A stretch of DNA of 63,046 nucleotides, counting the filler, from Neoconidiobolus thromboides FSU 785 (taxonomy: Eukaryota; Fungi; Entomophthoromycota), in assembly GCA_025603075.1 (NCBI GenBank). It is 10 parts of 10 records of this genome, joined end to end, with 100 filler letters (N's around TTAATTAATTAA, not from the genome) between each part and the next. Parts side by side here need not be neighbours in the genome. Positions count along the whole stretch, not along the records: positions 34,933 to 39,914 come from MU626767.1; positions 40,015 to 45,190 come from MU626760.1; positions 45,291 to 55,226 come from MU626651.1; 7 more parts are not named here. One strand, given 5' to 3'. Positions 36,952 through 48,164 of the stretch are shown here, piece by piece. The translations under genes were made by a program, and so were the position numbers. Numbering within the stretch: position 1 is the first letter of the stretch; each line of letters starts with the position of its first letter. The notes under the pieces are model-generated. The model had not been told where the DNA came from. It did no database searches and was given only the letters and a program-made list of their open reading frames with translations.

Positions 36952-38910
36952 TTAATTCATAGATTTAAAAATTCCTAACTCATTTTTAAATCGAATACAT
37001 GTGTCTTTTGAATGATTTGCAACCATACTACATATGTAATTCGATCGACATTCCAAATTGCATTTTTTTCTCTTTAAACCTAGTTTATTTCTATACCCAT
37101 AAAATAAATCAAATAAAGTTTGATTTTTACTCAAATTTACAATCGAGTTATGCCAAAACTCTGGGGATAAAGTATTAAAATCGTTATTTGGATCATATAA
37201 CCCTTTTGCTGTATACAATAACTTCCATTTCAAGTCTTCTTTATACATATGCGAATCCTTTAACTGAGTATAATACTGATAATAATCTAATATCTCCCAA
37301 TTCTTCTTATTTACTTTATAAATACGGAAACCAGGATTTTGGCCATTTAATGTTGTGATTGATGGTGTTAGATATTGATTTGATATTACCCTTTTGCTTG
37401 TTTTTTTATTATTATTATCATAGTAAACAGAAAATTCATCATGGTGATCATGTCCATAAAATTGCCCTTTTATAATTGAATGAAATCTATTTAATATTTG
37501 ATAATATTGCATTGAATATGATGGTAAGCAATCTAATGAATTTGGGGGTATGTGACTTGAAATATAAACATTCATGTTATTATCTTCGGCATCTTTTAGT
37601 TCATTTATTAACCACTTTAGCATATTATTTGGATTATTTTGGTGTGTAAAATTTAACAATAAATAAAAATTATTTACATAGCATAAGTTATTATTTAAAT
37701 TTATCAACTTTAAATTGTTTGCGTGTTTTACTGAATAATATCCTCCTTTTCTAACATCGTCAATTGATTTTTTTGGCAACCAATTACTCCATTGCTCTGC
37801 TACAAATCTATAAAAATAATATTCGCTTTCTTCACCTTTATCATCGCTTATTTGAAGATTTAAAGGCACAAAATTATTCGGCAAAACTTCATGATTACCA
37901 ATTGTTGGATAAATATTAATATCACTAAAATTTAGCAATTTGTAACTCTTTATTTCAGTATTGGTAACTGCAGTTAAATTATGCTTCCAGAAATCGTGTG
38001 CTGGTATATCGCCATTAAATATAACCATATCCAATTTATATTTGCTATTATGTAACTCATTGATCGCTTTAAACATAGACTTCAACATGTTTATGTTACT
38101 ATCACACTTGTAATCTCCCCATTTGCTTGCTGGTTTTTTTACCTTATTTGAGCTCAAACCTTTGCTTTTACTATCTACTTGACAACATATTGGCTCACTG
38201 CAGTCTGCTTCGGATCCCTCAATGTAGTTTTCGTCATAATGTAAATCTGATATATGTAATATATATCCAATATCAGTCTTGTTACTTTCATTGATAACCT
38301 TGGGTTTATTACTAACTTCAGGTAACTTTAGTTCCTTTAAATTTAAATTAGGAAAAGGACAAATATTGCCTAAAGTATAGCAAACCATCTGGGATTGTAA
38401 GTGATTTTTTAAATTAAAACCTTGAAGTATTTCTAAATAAATATCAGCAAACACTTTATGACTACCACTACATATTTCTTTTGGCTTATTAAATATGGAT
38501 GTGCACGCTGCTGAACTTAATTTAAGCAAAGGATTTTCAATGATATTAACTTTACTTAATCTACTAAGGGATTGAACAGTTGTTTTACAAGCTGCACAAT
38601 TTAGACTCGATCTTGGGTCTTGTGATAATATCTCTAATGTTTTTTTGATCAAATATTGTGCTTTGACTTTATAATTGCTTCTTTTTGCTGTTATGAAATC
38701 CATTATGTACACCATTTTACGTTCAATAGAACTATTTGCGAACTGATCTAATAGTTTTTGATCTATTATTATTCTATCCAGATCATTTGAATCTAACAAG
38801 GCTTTATCTAACGTACTTTTCATTCCTTTTTGATTTTCTTCTATATTACTACATATTATACTGAGTATTAAAATAAATAAATAGCTTATAAAAATTATTA
38901 ATTTTATCAT
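36952..38910 (-). CDS. Acid sphingomyelinase-like metallophosphoesterase, complete, single exon
   Basis: Signal, saposin domain, HISDLHYD, KWGDYKCD, GDIPAHD, IGNHE, SHIPP, QFYGHDHHDEF, PSITTLNGQNPGFRIY. Confidence 0.93.
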   Translation of the reverse strand: MIKLIIFISYLFILILSIICSNIEENQKGMKSTLDKALLDSNDLDRIIIDQKLLDQFANSSIERKMVYIMDFITAKRSNYKVKAQYLIKKTLEILSQDPRSSLNCAACKTTVQSLSRLSKVNIIENPLLKLSSAACTSIFNKPKEICSGSHKVFADIYLEILQGFNLKNHLQSQMVCYTLGNICPFPNLNLKELKLPEVSNKPKVINESNKTDIGYILHISDLHYDENYIEGSEADCSEPICCQVDSKSKGLSSNKVKKPASKWGDYKCDSNINMLKSMFKAINELHNSKYKLDMVIFNGDIPAHDFWKHNLTAVTNTEIKSYKLLNFSDINIYPTIGNHEVLPNNFVPLNLQISDDKGEESEYYFYRFVAEQWSNWLPKKSIDDVRKGGYYSVKHANNLKLINLNNNLCYVNNFYLLLNFTHQNNPNNMLKWLINELKDAEDNNMNVYISSHIPPNSLDCLPSYSMQYYQILNRFHSIIKGQFYGHDHHDEFSVYYDNNNKKTSKRVISNQYLTPSITTLNGQNPGFRIYKVNKKNWEILDYYQYYTQLKDSHMYKEDLKWKLLYTAKGLYDPNNDFNTLSPEFWHNSIVNLSKNQTLFDLFYGYRNKLGLKRKKCNLECRSNYICSMVANHSKDTCIRFKNELGIFKSMN

Positions 38911-39257
38911 TTTTTTAGAAAATGAATATTAACTCTAACCAATTTTTATATATTAAAGATCTGCCTTTGATATCTACTATAATATTTGATCTTCACTTTT
39001 CCAATGTCTTTTTTTCTTATTACCACATTCCTAAACAAAATTCCATAAAAAATTTAATTTTTCACCTCAGTCAATCTGATGAAACTTAACCTTTACAGTA
39101 ATAAACTTTGGCGTCAAGTTGTATATAGCTAACCTTAAAGCGTATTAAGTAGACGCTGGAAGAAAATATCAAACATTAAAAATATGAATAAGCATTTGAA
39201 CATTTTTCAGCTACCTTTAAAAAAGACTAGTTTAGCTATAAAAATTTAAATACTTTT

Positions 39258-39358
39258 ATATGTGGTAATATTTTTTGGTTTCATCGCTTTTTCCATTTTC
39301 TGAGTTCTATTTGAGGAAAATTTATTGATAAAACTCTTAAACAAAAAAATAACCATAT
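39258..39358 (+). mobile_element. Degenerate MITE-like copy
   Basis: ATAT-GTGGTAATATTTTTTGGTTTCATCGCTTTTTCC...AAAAAAATAACC-ATAT. Confidence 0.7.
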
Positions 39359-40070
39359 TGATGTATTTTCGTTATTTCGTTTCTAGATTTAAAGTTGAAT
39401 AAGCTAATGGTAGATTTTTGTTTCAAAATATGTCTTATTTGAATTAAAAGTTTAGTAAAATAATATTAAATTTTAGTCATAATTTTGATTTTCATATAAA
39501 ACCAATATTTGATTGACTTTTACAAGAACCTAATTAAACCCACAATCAATATTCTTAGCAAAAACTTGTCCCACTAAAAAAAATTAAAAACATATATATT
39601 AACTGGATTAGGTTGCATTAATCTATAACTACTGCTTATGGTAGAGTTGGTTTCAAGAAGGATAATATTGGTATTTATAGAGTTTATAAACGGTGATTTA
39701 TCAGTCTTAAGGAGCATGGTGTAGGCATGGTTGTTATAACGTAAGTTTAAATAAACCAGGTCTTTAATGAGATAGGTACTGCATGAGGCTGGCAACAGAG
39801 CAATGAAAACTATCCGCACTTTAGCAGTCTTGAGATAGCTGATTTAGAGCTTTGAGTGTTATGAATGATATAAACTTTACGTTGTTCAACTTGAAATTTT
39901 TGTTATTTTTTATANNNNNNNNNNNNNNNNNNNNNNNNNNNNNNNNNNNNNNNNNNNNTTAATTAATTAANNNNNNNNNNNNNNNNNNNNNNNNNNNNNN
40001 NNNNNNNNNNNNNNCAATGTTGGTTATAAAGTGGTCAATAATAAATATTTCTCAATAAAGTTTTATAAGA

Positions 40071-40176
40071 ATATGGGTCTGTTTTTTTTAGTTTCATTAT
40101 TTTTCTATTTTTTAAGCACTATTTATGTGGAAAAATTGTCAGTAAAATTCTTAAATACAAAAATACATCCCCATAT
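40071..40176 (+). mobile_element. ~100-bp MITE-like element
   Basis: ATAT-GGGTCTGTTTTTTTTAG...AAAAATACATCCCC-ATAT. Confidence 0.87.
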
Positions 40177-40236
40177 GTATTTAAGATCTAGTAGCAATTC
40201 AGCTAACTTGTAGTATAAACTATAATAGAATGATTT

Positions 40237-40392
40237 AGAACTGTGTCCGAGTACTCTTGTTTTAACAAAAAATTTGATTTTATAGAATTTTAAGCAAAGT
40301 TTTTAAAATACAAAATACAAAATACAAAATACAAAATACAAAATATTTAAAAATTTGATAAAATAGTGAAACTAATTTAGACATCCCCATAT
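40237..40392 (+). repeat. Left arm of 156-bp inverted repeat; contains an AAAATAC heptamer run and ends ACATCCCCATAT
   Basis: Reverse complement of 45035-45190. Confidence 0.92.
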
Positions 40393-41061
40393 ATTGTTAT
40401 TTTGATCTTTTATCACACTCCTGTATACAGAGTACCAATCTAATTTAGTGTTTGAATAACAGACGTTTTACTTATCAAAATAGAAGGTTTATGTCAATAT
40501 AATCATAGTCCATTTTATTTAAAAAAAAAATGAGTTTCAAAAATAAGTTTCAAAAATAAGTTTCATGTACTAAACTAATTATGTATACTATTAGTTTAAT
40601 GTAACATTCAATTGACACTACTCGTTGATAATCTATCTTGCTAGAAATTTAAGTAAAATAGAAAACTATCAAAAAATAAGAGATTAATTATAAAGTATAT
40701 TATTGTTACTTTGTACAGTTTTCATTATGAGCCCGATTACAATTTCAAATTTGATATTGGAAATCATATCATTAGAAAAATTTTAATATTGATACATGAA
40801 TTAATTAATTAATCGTACATTATAACTATAATAATAATCAAAATAGTAAACATTCTATAAATTAAAGTCAAAATCGAATATATTTATATTATAGTATATA
40901 AAGTATCTTTTTGACTATAGGCTAATTATTTATACTATATTTATTACCATTATATTTCAATGCATCCATTACCACATATATTATTATTTTTTATAAAAGT
41001 ATTATCATTTGCTTGACATATTTAAATATATAATTTTTAGAGGGCATTATAGAATAATAAT

Positions 41062-41165
41062 AATTGGTGGTGTTTTTTTTGGGTTTATCACTTTTCCATT
41101 TTTAAGCGCTATTTGAGTGAGAAATTTATTAGTAAAATTCTTAAACACAAAAATACATCCCCAAT
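41062..41165 (+). mobile_element. ~100-bp MITE-like element
   Basis: GGTGGTGTTTTTTTTGGG...AAGCGCTATTTGAGTG...AAAAATACATCCCC. Confidence 0.83.
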
Positions 41166-41796
41166 TTTTAAAAAAAGCATATGGTATCGAGTTACTTGCC
41201 CATTATCATGACGATTATAACAGGTTTTTGAAATGATTAAACCTTGATTTTCTTTATATGGTTAGAATGAGTCAAAAATTAAACTTTATTTAACTATAAA
41301 GCAGAATAATTGATTTTATAACAAATCCCTATTCTGATATCACTATGTAATTTATTCACCATAAAATTATATCCAGCATGAATAGATTACATTATAAAGC
41401 GTTGCATATGGAATATTTCTATCTTCATAATATAGGAATTCACATTTAAAGTAATAAAAGATGATGGGTAACGTGTTAAATTGAGAAACACCCAAAAAAA
41501 AAGTTACCTCTTTTTAAGCAGTCCATTAATTCACTATCGTAAAATATATGACTAAAATTGATATTATTCAAAAGAATCAAATTATGAACTATATAATGTA
41601 ACATATAATATCACACATGATTTATCTTTAAGCATCAAAATCGTCATCTTATATTATCCACCTCCAAAAAATAGTATAAATAGTGTATTGAGTCGTCCCC
41701 AAAGTTTAATAAAATTGATTTCCTCATTATAACAGGTAAACGTTTAGTTATAAACATTATAAAAGTACTGACAGTCATATCTTTTAGAATATAAAA

Positions 41797-42006
41797 ATGC
41801 TTAACGGTTTCAAGTTATTAGTAGCTCTTTTCTTCGTCCTCTATGTAGCTGGTTCAGATATCTGTAGAAGATGTACTGTTAAAACTGGACAATGTCTTAT
41901 TGATCAAGATTGCTTGAACATTTGTAGTTGGGAAAATAGAAGTCCAAAGTATGGTCTTAATGGAGATTGTGACTGGGGTAGATGCTGCTGTGGTGCAGAC
42001 TGCTAA
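41797..42006 (+). CDS. Secreted 10-Cys defensin-like peptide 1 (69 aa)
   Basis: Signal peptide; C-x2-C-x6-C-x5-C-x3-C-x14-C-x4-CCC-x3-C; paralog at 44402; shared TATA block upstream. Confidence 0.88.
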   Translation: MLNGFKLLVALFFVLYVAGSDICRRCTVKTGQCLIDQDCLNICSWENRSPKYGLNGDCDWGRCCCGADC

Positions 42007-42170
42007 ATTGTACAATGTGATACATTTGTTTGTTTTGATATCTTACAATACTATTGTATATGCTACTAAAGTATTTCAATATTAAATTACAAGCCATCTT
42101 TTTTATTAAATAAAAATCCATGTTTATTAATATGATATTTACTTTAAGGGTCGTTAGTTTTTATAATACA

Positions 42171-42272
42171 CTTGTGGATGTTTTTTTGATTTTATTACCT
42201 TTACATCTTTTAAGTGCTATTTGAGTGGAAAGGTTGTTGATAAATTCTTAAACAAAAAAACACATGCCCACT
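42171..42272 (+). mobile_element. ~100-bp MITE-like element
   Basis: GTGGATGTTTTTTTGA...AAGTGCTATTTGAGTGGAAAGG...AAAAAACACATGCCC. Confidence 0.78.
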
Positions 42273-44401
42273 TTAAGTTTCTAGATTCCAGGTTGCTTTT
42301 ACTGTTATAGTTAATCTATTATTTGATATTTAAATGTCATTTATTTATCGATACTTTATTTTATTAGAAATATAAACCAAAAAATAAAGGATTGACAATA
42401 GGCAAAAAGTTGAACCCAAAACATTTTATCATAGCTCTATTTTACGTATTTTTAATAATAATAACAATTACAGATTCGAATCATTTTGAACTTGAGATTA
42501 CCAGTTATATTTTCGAAATATATAAATGTATAAAATTATAATTTGATTTGATTAATAAAATTAGATACAATAATGTCATATCATATAAAGAGCACTTTAA
42601 AGTTTAAAACAATTATCTATACTGTGAAGGTTGATATTATATCTTTAGTGCATCAATTATAACATAAATTACTATTCTTTGGATTGATTTACGTCCAAGG
42701 CTAATTATTTCTGGTTTGATTTAAAAATGTCCCAAAATAAGAAGAGATACAATAAAGATAAGATCTTTTTGTATAATTTTGGAATAAAGTTATATTATGT
42801 TGCTGTTTTTTTGTCTTTTTATAGCCTGATCATTAGAATTTAACTTGACCTTAGCAGATTTTTATCTTTAAATTTAGAATTTGATCACAATAGATGAAGT
42901 AGCTATAAACAGCTTATTTTTTAAATAAAACTTGAAAGGAAAGGAGGTCAGAAAAAATAGGTAAAACTGGGACAAGGTGAAAGCTACTGAATTAAAGGAA
43001 AATTTTTTTTACTTGCTTAATTCGGCTTTAGAGAAAAGTTAATCAACACCCATTTTTTTGTGATTAGTTGTATACCACTAAACTATTTCATTGCTGAGTT
43101 AATAAATAACTTAATTGATATCACTTTACTTCTTTTCAATTACTAGGTTTTGTAGCCTTCACTCTATCTGTACTTTGGTTCTTGATCCAGATTTGACCAT
43201 AATATATAAAAATTAGCATAAATATTGCTAATTTCTCTTATATTTAATTCTTTTCCGGTTATATATATATATTATTCATATGTTCGTTCTACAAACAAAT
43301 ATATTGGTATATTTGATTGTTCTATGTCAATTTACCTTTCTTTGGAATCCATTTTTAGCCACTCATCTTTACACTAACGTATAGTATATCATCATAACTT
43401 CTTGCTATATAACTATACTTATATATAAGATAACCAGATCCCAAATCGAACGGTCTAATATCTGGATAGTTATAATAAGTACCACAAATTATATAATATT
43501 TAATAACTTTATTATATGGTTAGGCAATAAATCAATCACTGTAAAATTAAAGATCAACCCAAAATTTTTTTAACTACGTTTTGGAATTTTCTTCATGACA
43601 GCCTTTAACCTTCTTTAATTGGTTATAACATCCTTGACTTGTATTTTTACGAAATAAAGTTTAACCATTCTTAATTAACTTAAATTGCTTCAACTGATTT
43701 ATACTAACATTTTCTGTTGATCATTAGATTTTTTTGATTGTTGATTAAAACTGGTCATCAAATGTTGCGTCATTTAAATAAAACTAAATTGTCAAAAATG
43801 CAAGTCTAAAAATCCGCAATAGATTGAGTCATAAAATGACTAATTATTATATTTTCTGCCATTTCCAATATATGAGTTAGTTTAAAGGCTTAGTTTAATT
43901 TTTATTCAATATAAATTTTTACTAAAAATTACGAGTTAAGTACAAAGTGCTAAAAATTGCTTTTTTGCTTAACTTTAAAATTACTTATATAGTAGTATTT
44001 TTTTGTCTAGTATTTAGTATTTTTTTCAATATTTACTCTACATAAATTTTGTCCCTAATTTTAACCGAGCCTTTAAACTTATCTATATTTATTAAACAAT
44101 GATAGTCATTGAGTCATTGCCCTTGGGTCATTTAGCCTTTTCTATACTTTTTAAAGGTATTAATTATAACAGCGATTGATTTTTTCAGCATATAAAAAAA
44201 TGATGTTGAAATGTGGCACTAAATCTAAGTTTGAGCAACGAGGCTATCAAACTAATTATTTGCATTTGAGAAAATAGTATAAATAGAATATATAGGTAGT
44301 CATAATACTTATAAACACTTGTATCTATTACTGTAAGAGTAAGCATAATATACAAACTAGATTATAAAATATTGACGCTCATTTACTTTAGAATACTTAA
44401 A

Positions 44402-44614
44402 ATGATCAACGGACTTAAATTATTATTAGCTCTCTTTTTTGTCCTTTACGTAACTGCCGACTCTATCTGTAGAAGATGTAATGTTAGAGCTGGAGGTTTA
44501 TGTGTTGCTGATTATGAATGTGGAAATGCTTGCCATCAATATCCTGCAAGTTCACGATGGGGTATTAATGGAGATTGTGACTGGGGTTTTTGCTGTTGTG
44601 GTGAGGATTGTTGA
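44402..44614 (+). CDS. Secreted 10-Cys defensin-like peptide 2 (70 aa; true ATG at 44402)
   Basis: MINGLKLLLALFFVLYVTA-DSICRRC...GINGDCDWGFCCCGEDC; same Cys frame as peptide 1 except x7 instead of x6. Confidence 0.88.
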   Translation: MINGLKLLLALFFVLYVTADSICRRCNVRAGGLCVADYECGNACHQYPASSRWGINGDCDWGFCCCGEDC

Positions 44615-45034
44615 ATTATTCAAAATAAAGCATATGCCTATTTCAATATCATATGATGCTTTGTTTATGATATTAGCCTATTTTAGTACTGAGTTATGAA
44701 CCATTGTATTTTATCGAAATAAATGATTACACTAATTATAATGATATATAAGTTAGTTCAAATAATATTTAAGTTTAATACTAAATTTTCAGCTTTTTAA
44801 ACTCTAAAGTGGTTTTTATTGATGCAATAAATACAGTTTCCAAATACAGCTATTTGTTTACCATTTTCTGTCATTAAACAGCCCAAAAATGAAAGAAAAC
44901 GTGAGCTATTAGTTAAACGGCCCACTGTATCATTTGTGTACTTTTGATCTTATGTTATAACAAATAAAAAAATCCAGAGACCTATCCCTTTGAAGAGCTC
45001 AAAAAAAAAATCTACTGATGTTTTGTTTCACTAG

Positions 45035-45190
45035 ATATGGGGATGTCTAAATTAGTTTCACTATTTTATCAAATTTTTAAATATTTTGTATTTTGTATTT
45101 TGTATTTTGTATTTTGTATTTTAAAAACTTTGCTTAAAATTCTATAAAATCAAATTTTTTGTTAAAACAAGAGTACTCGGACACAGTTCT
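45035..45190 (-). repeat. Right arm of 156-bp inverted repeat, running to contig end
   Basis: ATATGGGGATGTCTAAATTAG...GAGTACTCGGACACAGTTCT is the reverse complement of 40237-40392. Confidence 0.92.
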
Positions 45191-45290
45191 NNNNNNNNNN
45201 NNNNNNNNNNNNNNNNNNNNNNNNNNNNNNNNNNTTAATTAATTAANNNNNNNNNNNNNNNNNNNNNNNNNNNNNNNNNNNNNNNNNNNN

Positions 45291-46260
45291 TGTGAAATAT
45301 CGCTTTGTCAGTCCTATGGTTAATTATAGCATAACAATTCCCTAAGCTGTTGTGTTCTCGAGTTCAGAGAAAATCAATCCCACGTTCTTAGTTTAATTTG
45401 CTATGAGGATTTCTAGCTCCATCCCAAAGAATATTATCTTCTCATTTTGATATTGATACTTTTCAGAGTATAAAAGAGATTTTAAAACATAATAGCTCAA
45501 GGCTTTTTAACTGAATTATTCACTGATATTTCGAATATTTAATAAAGCCACTGAGTTTTCTTAATAGTATTTTATGTAGATTTACATTAGTATTGTCTAT
45601 TCTATTTATCTCACATAGTCTGTAGCTTATCATGTGACATTCTTCATAATTCAAGTCTATCTTAGTCATATAAACTAAGACCTTTCAACTTACAGCGTAG
45701 TCAACCAGCCAATAGCTGTTCTTGACTCCAATCACTGAGTACCAGATTTCACGTCGTTATATTAAAACATGTATATTCTTCAATTTTTTATTATTTTCAT
45801 CTTTATCATTTTTGTGAAATACCGCTTTGTCAGCTCTATAATTGATTATAATATAACAATCACTTAAATTGCTCTATTCTTGGTTCAGATACAATCAATC
45901 ATAAACCTTTTATTTTGATTTACTGCGAGAATTTCTAACTTCACATTGCAAAGAATATATTCTCTCGTTTTAATATCCATACTTGTCAGGCCATAAAAGA
46001 GATTCTTCAACATAATAACTTGAGGCTTTTTAACTGAATTATCCCTTGATATCTCGTACCTTTGATAAACCCACTAAATCTTTCTGATAGTATTGCCTGT
46101 TGTATTTGTCTTACATAGCCCGTAGCCTATTATGTCCTATTCTTCATAATTCAAGCTTATCTTAGTTACATAAATTAAGACCTTTCGATTTGTAACTAGT
46201 CAATCAAGCAAAAACTCCTTTTGACTCTGGTTGCTGAGTGCTAGATTTCATATTGTATAT
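45291..46260. repeat. Degenerate direct tandem duplication, period ~522 bp
   Basis: TGTGAAATA(T/C)CGCTTTGTCAG starts at 45291 and 45813; shared internal blocks GGCTTTTTAACTGAATTAT, ATTCTTCATAATTCAAG and TAAGACCTTTC. Confidence 0.85.
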
Positions 46261-46527
46261 AATTTATTAATTATCAGTTTTACCTAGAATTTTAATATTA
46301 TAAGTAAGAATTATTTTTATATAAAATATAATATTTTATATAAATTAAATTTTAAACTTTATTTGTATTTTTACTTTTTTATTATAAATTTTTCTTTATT
46401 TTTTTTAGCTATATTAAATAGTATAATATGAATGTTTGTCTTTTTTATTTATGTTCATTTTCAGTACAATTTTTTATTATATTAATTATTAACTAAAACT
46501 TTCAAAAATTGTTTGTCATTGTTATAT

Positions 46528-46631
46528 ATATGAGAATATTTTTTGACTTCATTACTTTTTCTATCTTCAAGCACTATTTGAGTGGAAAAATTGTTAGTAA
46601 AATTGTTAAACACAAAAATACATCCCCATAT
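46528..46631 (+). mobile_element. ~100-bp MITE-like element
   Basis: ATAT-GAGAATATTTTTTGACTTC...AAAAATACATCCCC-ATAT. Confidence 0.85.
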
Positions 46632-46844
46632 AATACATTAATTTTTACTATTAATTTACTTTTTTAGGAACTTTTTTAATAGTTATATATTATTTATTCA
46701 ATAAATATTTATATAAACTACTTATAATAATAAAAACCAAAATTTTTAATTATTATAAAACTTTACTTTATGTTCAAATTCTAATTTATTTAAAACTTTT
46801 TTAATGTATAAATGTATTTATTATTATTAAAACAAAAAAACATA

Positions 46845-46950
46845 ATATGGGGATGTTTTTTTGTGTTTAAGAATTCTATTAACAATCTTTCCACTCAAAT
46901 AGCGCTTAAAAAATGGAAAAATAATGAAATCAAAAAAAACATCACCATAT
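46845..46950 (-). mobile_element. ~100-bp MITE-like element
   Basis: ATAT-GGGGATGTTTTTTTGTG...AAAAAAAACATCACC-ATAT. Confidence 0.88.
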
Positions 46951-47266
46951 AGTATAGTTTTTTTATTAACAGTCGCTTTTGTAATCGTACAGTTGTTTTT
47001 GATCTAATTTAAGAAATTAAACTAAATTTGATAGTTAAAAAAGTTGCTAAGGAAGCTTTTTCAAATGAATTAATTATTTTGGGTCAGCACTTTATTTTTA
47101 GAAAAGCCCTATAAAGCGCAATTATAATGCTTTAGTTTAAATGTGTATGAGCATTTGGAATTTGTATTTGTCACTATTATATTTTTGCTTCAATTAAAAT
47201 CTGAAATACAAACTTGAAAATGCCAATCTATGTTTAAATTAAATAATAATAATTATGATATTGACT

Positions 47267-47375
47267 ATCTGGAGATGTTTTTTTTGGCTTCACTACTTTT
47301 TCCATCTTTTAAGCGCGCTATTTAAGTGGAAAGACTGTTAGTAAAATTCTTAAATATAAAAATACATCCCCATTT
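47267..47375 (+). mobile_element. ~100-bp MITE-like element
   Basis: GGAGATGTTTTTTTTGG...AAAAATACATCCCC; a further 3' fragment lies at ~47860-47918. Confidence 0.83.
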
Positions 47376-48164
47376 GTATCAAACTATCTAATGTTTGCTT
47401 GGTAGGATTACGTAGGTATTTTTCATATCATCAAGTAGCTTATATAATGTTAAATAGCAAATTGATTATTAGATTTCATTTAAATACATCTAAAAACTGT
47501 ACAAATAGTCTTGAAGCTTCTAAAATATTACTTTAATAGTAAAAAAGGTAATTTATTTCAACTAAAAAAACTTATAATATTTTAGTTTTACAAAATTAAT
47601 AATCAACCTTAGTTGAAATTATAATTCATCACTCCTTCTTACTTTTATTAATATTCAAAAATTAGCATATGACGTTTTTAATTATATCAATACTTATCAT
47701 AAATAATCCTATCTATGATATAATTTATTAATAATGTCTCAGTATACTACCTATAATCCTATCTCTAAGCAATTCATTGTATTTTAATGCCGATTTATAG
47801 GTTCTACAATATTCTCGCCAAATAAAGAAAGGTATAAGAATATCTATTAAAAATTTTACAATTTTTTCGATAACATTTAAAAAATGAAAGTGATGAAATC
47901 AAAGAAATACCACCATATTTTGAGCTCAAACTGTATAAGCCATTTTTTCAAGAACCCAGAAAATCGACTAAGTTCTAGAAATAAGTAATATTTGAAAAGT
48001 GTAAAGCTAAGTAATAAAAACAATAATAGTAAAGCACTTAACCATAAAATAAAATTTTATTTTATTATTAACTTTAATGAAAACTCAATTTATTTAATAT
48101 CATAAATGAAATAGAAAAAATAAGGGGACCTAATTAAATTAGATAAATATAATGTAAAAAATTA

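Noticed and set aside
39574-39914. C-rich minus-strand stretch resembling a LINE fragment
   Set aside because: No RT, endonuclease or RNase H motif could be read in any frame.
42700-43900. Possible coding relic between the defensin-like genes
   Set aside because: Only short stop-ridden frames; no family recognisable.
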